A stretch of 20,000 nt of DNA from the NCBI GenBank assembly GCA_022813865.1, contig JALDZX010000054.1, forward strand, positions 121,013 to 141,012, written 5' to 3'. This document shows, piece after piece, positions 11,600-20,000 of the stretch (within the stretch, counting starts at the first letter, position 1; every line of letters starts with the position of its first letter). Source of the stretch: Xylographa opegraphella. Its lineage: Eukaryota. Position numbers and translations under genes: made by a program. A model generated the notes under the pieces. The model was not told the origin of the DNA. It ran no database searches and saw nothing but the letters and a program-made list of their open reading frames with translations.

Positions 11600-11784
11600 A
11601 CTCCGTATGGGCAGATGGCGCGCTTGAAGCGGACTCTCCATACCCTCTCCTTGAAACGAATTTCTTGTGAGCGCAGGACTCTCCGTATATATACCTTGTC
11701 GCCCGAAGCACAGTAAGCTCCTCAAAGCCTCGCACTCTGAATAGCAAGCTTCAGTCCCTCGGTGTTGCCGGCCGTGGCGCAGTC

Positions 11785-13569
11785 ATGGACGCTCAGATCG
11801 AGAGCACCGATCCCGTGGAACAACCCACTCACCGAACGGATGCCTATGCGACCAAGTTTGTGGACAAAACAACTGCACTACAGGAGAAAGCCAAGCACAA
11901 GACGTCTGGGGCAGGCGGGGATGGTAAACAGAAAGCTCCTGCCGGTGGATATGACAAGACGCCCGTTGCGAAAGTCCTGCCAGGCTACACTGTCAAATTT
12001 ACATTCCATCGAGCAACCAATCTTCCGATGGCGGACATCAATACCTTGTCTTCCGACCCCTACCTTGTAGCCTCGTTGAAGACTTCTCTTCCTCTGAGAC
12101 ACAAGGAGGATCCGCGCATCAGCTTCAGAACGCGAACCTTACGACGCAACGTAAAGCCGGAATGGAATGCCGAGTGGATTGTTGCGAACGTACCCGGCAG
12201 TGGCTTTCAGCTAAAGTGCAGGCTATACGACGAAGACCCCTCTAACCACGATGATAGACTGGGAAATGTACATGTACATGTGGATCGAATCAGCGAAAGC
12301 TGGGAGGGTATTCGCAACCAACCGTACAACATAAAAAAACGTATGGGGAGCAAAAGAGCATATCTCGTCAGAGGATGTGTGTCAATGTTCAATCGAAGCG
12401 TGCCGATGTCCGGCGATGTTTTCATCAGCATAGAGGTGTTGGGGAGAATTGAGGCAGAGAGTGGAGGCAGGATGTACACAATTGGGCCGTGTGTCTGGAG
12501 TCAACATTTTAGTCCGATGATTGGCAGGTTAGCAGGCACTAAGGATCCTACAGAGGATGTTAATGGTAACAGCGAGAAGAAGTCCGAGTCTTATAAGTAT
12601 GAGTATCTTTCCGAACGTTTCTCAGCCGGTAGAAGCTGATCTCATCGCAGTTTCCAAGCTAACCAGGTGCAACTTGCTGGTCCTGTGCCGGAACAATTAT
12701 ACCATCGTTACGTTGAGTTCCGACCGTTTGTTGCTGGAATGTTTACATCTCATTCCTTCAAGGGGCGAATTCTGAATCACGCCCTTCATCATCAACATGC
12801 TCGCATCTATAACTACGATCGCTCTACCATTTATGGCTCGTTCCCGTCTCCATCCAAGGACATGACCCTCAAGTTTCTTGAGCTTGTCCACTACGACCAT
12901 GGCGGTCGGATATTCACGTATGTCCTGTCATTGGACGGACAATGGCGCTTCACGGAAACTGGGAAAGAATTCGGCATCGACTTGCTATCCAAACACACCA
13001 TGCATAGCGACGTCAGCATCTACATCGCCTTCTCCGGTGAATTCTTTATCCGTCGTCTTCAGAGTCATCACAAAGATCCCGAAGAGCAAGAAACACATCC
13101 ACCGACCAAAATAGGTGGCGGTCCGCTACAGGAAGATACACCCCAAGACCCCGCATACTACCAACTCGTCATCGACAACGACTCGGGCACCTACCGCCCA
13201 GACGCCGGACTACTAGAACAGCTTAAGGAGTTTTTGCAGCGTAATCTGCCTGGGCTGAAAATTACCACACTTGACTGCACCGGCGACAAAGAAGTGATGG
13301 AGAAGATGAAAGAGGAACAACGAAGTTGCAAGAAGAAAGAGGGCAAGCACACAGCAGTTGTGCAAGGCGATGGCGGTAGTATATCCTCTAGCGACGAGGA
13401 GGACCTAGACAACGCAGTGGCCCAGAATGACGAAGCCAAAGAGAAAGGTCCCACAGAGAAGCTAGGACATGCCATTGCGGCGCCGGCAGAGGAGTTAACG
13501 ACATGGGCGCAAGGTCATAAGGCAAGAGAGCAGAGGGAAACGGAAGATCATACGGGAGGAGCGAGATAG
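11785..13569 (+). CDS. C2 domain-containing protein with uncharacterised conserved C-terminal domain, 576 aa; exons 11785-12596 and 12651-13569
   Basis: C2 domain with acidic loop residues: VKFTFHRATNLPMADINTLSSDPYL...RTRTLRRNVKPEWN...RLYDEDPSNHDDRLG. The 54-nt intron 12597-12650 (GTATGA...CTGAT...CAG) joins SYN/FQANQVQL in phase with ORF 12667..13569. Confidence 0.9.
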
Positions 13570-13603
13570 TTTGTTCTGCTCGTCGCGGCTATTGCTGGAA
13601 TAC

Positions 13604-13715
13604 AGAAGAATCGCTTGAGAAGAATCGCTTGAGAAGAATCGCTTGAGAAAAGACGCTTGAGAAGAGACGTTTGAGAAGAGTCGCTTGGGAAGAATCGCTT
13701 GGGAAGAGTCGCTTG
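13604..13715. repeat. Minisatellite, 8 x 14-bp unit (consensus AGAAGAATCGCTTG)
   Basis: Eight contiguous copies starting at 13604, 13618, 13632, 13646, 13660, 13674, 13688 and 13702; the first three are identical and the others carry 1-3 substitutions. Confidence 0.95.
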
Positions 13716-14391
13716 AGTCCTGGCACTGGATTTCTCTTCCTGCCTGGTGTTGTGGGACTTCACTACCAAATCTTTCAATATGAACTCGGGTTTTTTCACC
13801 TGGGCAAGCCCCTGTGGCGGGTCCTCGGAGTGTACAAGGGGTATTCTGTACTGCCAATCTGAGATGGAGGTATGTAGGCTACTCACGCAGCCACACAGAC
13901 GGTGACATAGCGCATGGCTATATATATGTGCTTCCATATTCGTCACAATTGCAGGACGACCTGTATCTGTCTCTTTAGTAATCCAATCATCCAATCAAAT
14001 GCGCCCTGCTGTCGGTTGGATTGATATATTCACCTTTCGCATAGTTCCATATTCGTAAATTGCTACAGTTCATGAAGCTTGTGATTGACTGCCTAACACA
14101 GACGCCGATGCTCTCCCCCAGGATCTCAATTTTCGTGAATTCAGTCTGTTGCATATGCTTCTCCACCACTTCCAGATATCGGAAACGCCACGAGATAGTC
14201 CACATACGTATCAGCAAACCTAGACAAACGCTTCGACACAATACTGCATGAGGGTATAAGGCTTGCTTCTCCAGAAATGTACATCAGATTTCATGCCAAA
14301 CCAAGCTCAACGCCACTCATTCAGCCCCTCTTACAGATCTACTCAAAAATATGTGAGCTTCTTGGCATTATAGCACTTTCTAATCACGAAA

Positions 14392-16510
14392 CTATGGCTT
14401 TTTGACCACTTTCGCCTTCGCAGCTTTACGGGGAGGCCCGAAGAGACTAAAGCCGGATGACTTGCCGGCCTTTTTCTTGCCTGAAGTAGCATTAGACTTG
14501 ACTGCTGGAAGTCCACCAGCTAGAAAATCTGGCGGAGGAGACGGAGGTGGTGGTGGAGGAGGTGGAGAAGGGAGTGGAGGCGCACCGATCGGAACATTGA
14601 CAACAAATTCGTCACCCAAAGGTGGAGGAGGTGGTGGGAGGGGTGGAGGAGGAGGAGGAGCTTTCGCAGATCTGCGTTTTGCTTTACCTTTCTTCCCCTT
14701 CTCCTCCACAGGAGGCAGCAGCATAGCAGCATCAAATATAGGTGGAACGTCTTCAACCTTCGGTGGATCCGGCATTGGCCACATGTGCATAGTAATAGTC
14801 CAATCCGGTTCGACTACAGTTTCCCATACTCGAGGAAGGATAATATCGTTGTTGGGTCCGAGCAAATCATAATGCCCTTCCGCAACATGCGGCCCAATGA
14901 CATCAACATGGAGGAATGCCTGTCGGATCAAATCTTCCATACCCTGTCGCACAATTAGTCGCATGATCTGCGTTTCCGCGTAGTATCTGGTGCTCAATTC
15001 GGCATACCTCCCATGTGTTGCAAAGATGGAATGGAAAACTGAACTTGCGTCCAACGGCGTCTTTGAATTTGATAGGTTTCTTCTTTTCCTCGGGTGGAGG
15101 AGGCGGAGCCGCGGCGGCAGCCGCGTCCGCGTCCGCTTTAGCTTTTGCTGCTTCTTCCGCAGCCTTTGCAGCTTCTTCCGCAGCCTTTGCGGCGTCTTCC
15201 GCACGTTTTGCTGCTTCCTCGGCGGCTTTATCGGCGGCTTTCTTTTCGGCTTCGGTCGTTGCAGCTTCGGCAGCAGCTTTAGCAGCAGCAGCAATCTCGT
15301 CGGCGTGTTTCTTGTCGGCTTCGGCTTTGGCAATTTTGTCAGCTTCTGCCTGCTTCGCTGCAGCTTCTCTCGCCTCTCGGTCGGCTTTTTCGTCCAGAAT
15401 GATCTTCTCCAAACGTAGATAATTCTCATCTGGTTTTGGAATTTCCGCCGCCGGCGCCTCGGTCGGTGCAGCAGCGGCTGCTGGGGCTGGAGTTGGAACA
15501 GGAGGCGGAGGGGTCGGCATAACTGGTGGTGTGTAAATAGGAGGGTAGCCGTGGTATACTGGCGACGGAGCTATGGCGTGTGGCATTGAATAGGGTTGCG
15601 GGGGGTAAGGGAAGTAGCCTGGTATGTGGGCGTGATGCATCATATCTGGGCCCCCATACGGCGCGGGGCTATGAACGCCAGGGTAAGACGTTGGCCCTGA
15701 AAGCCCGTGAGAGCCGGGATGACCATGAGGGAAGTAACCCGGGATTCCAGCCCCACTTTGCTGTTGGTAGGGTGAGTACCCATACTGAGAAGGGGTAGTG
15801 GCGAACGGTACTACCTGTTGACTGGCAGGTACAACGCTTGCGGGTGGATACTGCGCATACCCTTGCGGATGAATAGGTGCATATTGGTGGTTCTGACCTC
15901 CCGACGCTGGAACCCAAGTATAGTATGGACGCCTCTGGCGTGGGAGGTCAGGGCCATAGGCCAGAAGCTCCTCGTTAGAACCCACACTTTCGGATGATGA
16001 TGGTTCTGGGTGGACTCGGGATGGGCGGTGCGGAAGACGTATGTGCGGCGCTTCTCGTCGAGATGAATGATGACGATAAGACACTTCCGCCGGGCGAGGG
16101 GCTTCAGGCGCGAGGCGGTGACGGTTAGAAGTTCCCGGTCTCGAAGCAGATTCCGATGGGTCTAGATCGTGTACGTCGTTGGGGCTGAGATTTGTCCAGC
16201 TTTCGTCGTTTTCGTCGTTTTCGTAATCTTCGGGCAAATCAGTGAAGTCTTTTTCAGAAGAGGCCTGACTCCCAACGGCTGACGGTGGAGAAAGGTGAAC
16301 GCCAGTACCTGAAGAGTCTTCCCCGTCGGTAAGAGAATCGGGACTGGGAGCACGCTCGGATCTTCGAGAATTCAATGTTAATGTTATTTCTCTGTCACAG
16401 GCACGGATCGGGTCAGCCAGTGATCTATATACGTAGTACTCGCAATGCTGTATGGCGCACTTCCTTCTGTGACTCTTGAGGCTGCTGTGGAGGACTTACG
16501 GATCATTCAT
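14392..16510 (-). CDS. Low-complexity (Pro/Tyr-rich, Ala/Lys/Glu coiled-coil, polyproline) protein with a fungal ubiquitin-like domain, about 648 aa; exons 16510-16500, 16391-15008, 14943-14392
   Basis: ORFs 14903..16375 and 14392..15429 are joined by intron 15007-14944 (GTATGC...CTAAT...CAG), giving KKPIKFKDAVGRKFSFPFHLCNTWE/GMEDLIRQAFLHVDVIGPHVAEGHYDLLGPNNDIILPRVWETVVEPDWTITMHMWP, a conserved Pezizomycotina ubiquitin-like module. An 11-nt first exon (ATGAATGATCC, then GTAAGT...GCTGAC...CAG) gives an in-phase start MNDPEITLTLNSRR; this start is less certain than the body. Confidence 0.85.
15144..15220 (-). repeat. Coding 21-bp tandem repeat encoding heptads of the AAEEAAK type
   Basis: About 3.5 degenerate copies of TTTGCNGCTTCTTCCGCAGCC on the + strand, inside the coiled-coil region of the ubiquitin-like-domain gene. 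Confidence 0.75.
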
Positions 16511-18148
16511 GTGGTAAGTCGCCAGTCTCAAGGGATTACCTAGCTCGAGCCTTCTCTACAGCAGAGAAGATCGAGCACAGATAGCCTCGTTCGGGATAAG
16601 AATCAGGGCTTGCGCCCCAATGGGAGATATCGATTCCTGCTCAGAAATCAAGTCGCACCGGGCATGTGTGCGTGAGAGCTGGATTGGAAACCGAAACAGC
16701 AGTTGCCGAATCTGTAAGGGTGCGACTGCAGTGGGCAGGAGAAACGTGATGTTTTGAGAGTGCCGAGGAAATGAAAAGTTGGAAGGTCGACCGTCGGGGA
16801 TGGACGGGCGATAGCCCGTTGGTGTGTTGTCAACGTGGTCCACTTTTAGCTGTTTCAAAGCACAAGAAGCACACCGTTGTATAGTTCGGTGCAAGAAGGG
16901 TGCGTGGTTATTGCAGACCGTGGTAGTTGAATTCGAGCTGCGGCATCAACAAGAATGATTCTCGACGTTCGCTGCAAAGAAGGTGGAGCGGATCGGATCA
17001 GAAGTAAGAATAAGAATGAGAAGAAGGATAGGGATGACTTCAATTGCCTTGCTTGCAAGGGTGTTTAGGTCCGAGGTCGTCGTGCGATGGAGGGGTAGAG
17101 CCGTCGCAGGAATGCGCCAAACACCCCCCGGCGAGCCGACCTTAGGGGGCCTCCCGGGCAGCAGATGCGCGTCGATTACGAAGGGTCTGGCTGGAAAGAT
17201 GAAGCTGATCAGTATCTGCTCCGTACTCCGTACCGGATGGCCCTCAGGGCGTTGATCTCTTGCCTGCCTGCGTGTCTGTGCAGCAATGGCGCAGCAAGTG
17301 TAGCTACAGTGTCTGCAGTCGTTCAGAGCAGCTAGATAGCTCCTGTGTGACTGACTGCCTTCGCCCCGATTCGCGTCTCAACCAAGCCAATATAGGACAC
17401 CAGCGGCAAGTCGGGCCACAATGTGGAGTCCTACAGTCGACCGTACCGACCGAAGTCCAACTGAGAAATATCGGGATCGATTTGACTTCGGATTTCGTCT
17501 CCGTTGCTCTGTTTGGTGTGCCAATGTGTTTTGTAGGAATGCATCGTTTGGAATAGTCACTGGGGAGAAGGGGGTGCCACTGATCGCTTCGATGCCGCAT
17601 TTCACGAACAGAGCGCAAGCAGTTGCTACAGAGTACCTGACGTTTATATACATCTTGTGTCACGGCAGACGTTCCAACTCATCCATCACGAATGCCTTGA
17701 CTCATCCTCCCCCATACCCTGTACGTGATGGCTTTGCTTTAGGCAGCATGGATATAGGAGGTAAGCCAAGTTGAATCGTACGGTCGGGCGGGAATGTGGC
17801 CCATATTGGTGCCACGTCTGCACGACCAACCCTAATTGCCGTATCGGCGGCACGCTTATGCATGAGACCAAAGAAATTTTATAGGTCCTCATCCACCCAC
17901 GACGTAACTATCAGCTTGGGCATCAATCCTCCCAAGTATTCCTCTGATGTTCGACTTGCTCTGAGCCGGGGGCTTGTGACCAGTTGCGGAAAGCACGTTG
18001 GCCGGGTACACTAGCCAACTGGTATGCTATACTCGTCAACGATGCGATCAAACGATCACAACGTATTTGTCAAGCGAAGCAAATTACTCTCGAGAGTGAC
18101 AATTCCGCTGCTATCAAAGGAGAGTGCGAAAGCGGTGGTAGTCTATAC

Positions 18149-19305
18149 TTACTTAGCTTCTGAGCCGTCATCGAGCAAAGCTTTGGCTGAAATGATCTCA
18201 GACTCTTCGTAGCCTCTGCCTTTCCCATCTTTGACGGCTTTCTGATCCACCATCTTCCGAAGTTCTTCCCTCGCCTTTTGGTTCAGCTTCTTGACTACGC
18301 TAAGCGCTAAGCGCGTAGATGAGCCGTTGTATTTCGCGACACGGGCAATGGTTTTGTTGTCCTGGTAACATGTCTCTAGAAATCGATCGGTAGACTGCAA
18401 TTCGTTACTATAGTCCTGTAGCTAGCAACTCCAGTATACCTACAATCTTCAGTCCGTAATATCCCCTCAAATACCCATCGCAAAGTTCAATGCTTCTACA
18501 GTATCGTTGTATTGCCTCTGTTAGGGCTCTCTCGATGCTTGTCTCGTTTGCGTCCCCAGGCGAGAGACTAGATATGAAATGAATCTCCCCCAATCTCGCG
18601 TGGACCTAGTCAAGGTTTGCTGTCAGCGGATTTGGCTGCGTATAGGCTAGGGATTATCGTAAACTCGAATCTCATACATTCCATGCATTTGGATAAACAA
18701 GCAAAACCTCTTCTAAGCAGTAAGAAGCTTGCGAATACATAGCTTGACCCAAGTATAGCGCTGACAGCTCTGTCCATGCCTCAGCATCCGTGGGCGATAC
18801 CTGTAGGAGTTCGACTAGCGCCTCGATCGCCTCCGATTGCATACCCAAGCTCTGCAAGAGCACTATACGACGCTTCATGACAGGCTATACAGCATTAGCT
18901 AGGAATCATGAATATGTAGTCCAATCATACCATATTTGTCGGATCATCCGTGAGGATACGCGCGTATTCGGCGTAAATGGTTTTGAAGGTGGTATCATCT
19001 TCGGCAACAGCTTCCCGGTAGAGACCGCGAAGCCCCATAACACGCTCATTCGAAGCTCCAAATCGACTGATTAACCTTTCCAGACATTGATGAGCTGACT
19101 TATGATCACCTATCCGTAGACACGAATAGATGAGCTTTTCATATGTCGCCCACAGCTCTGGGGATTCCACGACGGTGATGAAGGGAATAGAGTATGCCGG
19201 ATAAGTTTCCACCTGCTGCCTAAGAAATTCTGGAGCCATTTGCGCGAGTTGCAAAAGTTCAAGGTCAAACTCATAGTTTGCAGCTGCGGGTATTATAGTC
19301 GACAT
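18149..19305 (-). CDS. EMC2: ER membrane protein complex subunit 2 (TPR protein, Emc2/Oca3/TTC35), 329 aa; exons 19305-18931, 18884-18678, 18605-18444, 18394-18149
   Basis: Three phase-0 GT-AG introns (46, 72, 49 nt) join four ORF-track fragments. Motifs ELWATYEKL, CLERLISRFGASNERV, DPTNMPVMKRRIVLL, SPTDAEAWTELSALY, YCLEEVLLVYPNAWNVHARLGE, YCRSIELCDGYLRGYYGLK are characteristic of fungal Emc2. Confidence 0.92.
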
Positions 19306-19462
19306 GACCGCAGATATTCCGGATTGCTCTTCGTACGCGGTGAACAATAATGTTTATGGGCGAAGCGCCAACTATGTAGCGGGTCTGAGTCGAGGAGTGC
19401 TACATTATAGCCATACTTTCAATGCTAAGAAACACAGACGCTCACTTTCTTCGGGGAACCCT

Positions 19463-19889
19463 GTAGTCAAAATCGTAATCAAAATCGTAATCAAAATCGA
19501 GTGTATTCGATTATAATCGAATAAAAGTAATCGATTATGATTACAACAAAAATAATCAAAATCGATTACGATTACTGAAAAAGTAATCGATAATTTTTTT
19601 AAAAAAAAATTTAAATTTCTTTTTACTGAAATCGACTCAAAATCAATGATCTATAAAAATTAAAAGTTAAAAATTATAATAAAAATGCGCAAAAGTATTA
19701 TATTATTTAATGTATTATGTATAATAAAAATGCGCAACAGTATTATATTATTTAATGTATTATGTATAATATTTATTATTAAATATATATATTGTCAACA
19801 ATAACGTTATAACTTACTTAATACAATATTCGTTGTATTATTTGAAAATAATATAAACGTAAACTAATTTATTTTAAATTTACGTAATC
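19463..19889. mobile_element. AT-rich non-coding segment with GTAATC/GATTAC arrays, probable non-autonomous DNA transposon end or relic
   Basis: Abrupt shift to very high A+T; 3 x 12-bp (GTAATCAAAATC-like) at 19463-19498; further GTAATC/GATTAC hexamers in both orientations to about 19590; internal 45-bp duplication. No transposase or paired TIR is visible. Confidence 0.5.
19676..19770. repeat. Tandem direct duplication of a 45-bp unit
   Basis: ATAATAAAAATGCGCAAAAGTATTATATTATTTAATGTATTATGT at 19676-19720 and 19721-19765 with one mismatch, followed by a partial third copy ATAAT. Confidence 0.92.
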
Positions 19890-20000
19890 TGTTGGAAATA
19901 GCGTTGCCTGGCAGAATGCCCTCTATATTGCCTGCCGGCAACATAGACGCTAACCTGCTTCTAGACTAGCGTAGCCGTATATAAGGGAGCTTTCTTCCTT
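19890..20000 (+). mobile_element. Possible 5' start of a Ty1/copia-like long terminal repeat, truncated by the window edge
   Basis: Composition switches back to balanced GC exactly at TGTTGGAAATA (19890), which resembles the TGTTG start of Ty1/copia LTRs; TATATAAG at 19978-19985. The matching CAACA end, PBS and TSD are not in the window. Confidence 0.45.

Noticed and set aside
13604..13715. CRISPR-like repeat array
   Set aside because: Units are 14 bp and contiguous with no unique spacers; eukaryotic context and no cas genes.
13548..14241. Minus-strand ORFs 13987..14241 and 13548..13994 as an extra gene
   Set aside because: TTG starts, no recognisable motifs, and openness partly due to the minisatellite; more likely 3' UTR or intergenic DNA between convergent genes.
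14402..15422. Plus-strand Gly-rich and Ala-rich ORFs and GGA/GGT runs (G-quadruplex-like)
   Set aside because: Antisense shadows of the polyproline and AAK/EE codons of the minus-strand gene.
17460..17510. TPP riboswitch (CTGAGAAATA...TTGA...GGAT resembles the fungal aptamer)
   Set aside because: Lacks the GATAATAC...GCGAAAG part of the core, and no thiamine-related gene or host intron is adjacent.
17827..17835. Telomerase RNA template-like CAACCCTAA
   Set aside because: Imperfect match to TAACCCTAA, and only about 300 nt remain before the EMC2 stop, too little for the downstream domains of a long Pezizomycotina telomerase RNA.
16556..18014. Multiple 60-120 aa ORFs on both strands in the long intergenic region
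   Set aside because: Mostly non-ATG starts, mutually overlapping, no coherent exon chain or domain motif.
19903..19965. Helitron 3' end (hairpin followed by CTAG)
   Set aside because: The loop and the distance to CTAG are longer than usual for Helitrons; the LTR-start reading explains the composition boundary better.

Overview
Gene-dense, intron-containing eukaryotic DNA from a filamentous ascomycete (Pezizomycotina-type: 45-110 nt introns with CTRAY branch points). Seven protein-coding genes can be assembled by hand: a thioesterase-like gene (5' part, minus strand, apparently with a GC-AG intron), a BAR-PH-ArfGAP (csx2/Age1/ACAP-like), a 181-aa hypothetical protein, an 11-exon synaptojanin-like SAC + 5-phosphatase, a C2-domain protein, a Pro/Ala/Lys-rich protein with a fungal ubiquitin-like domain, and EMC2. 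Non-coding features are a 14-bp minisatellite, a perfect 15-bp inverted repeat in a divergent promoter, two intergenic regions with nested inverted segments, and at the right edge an AT-rich transposon-like segment that appears interrupted by the start of a Ty1/copia-like LTR. No tRNA, rRNA or CRISPR was recognised. The best lead for something undescribed is the enzyme-like C-terminal domain of the C2 protein. Family assignments come from recalled motifs; no database searches were run.
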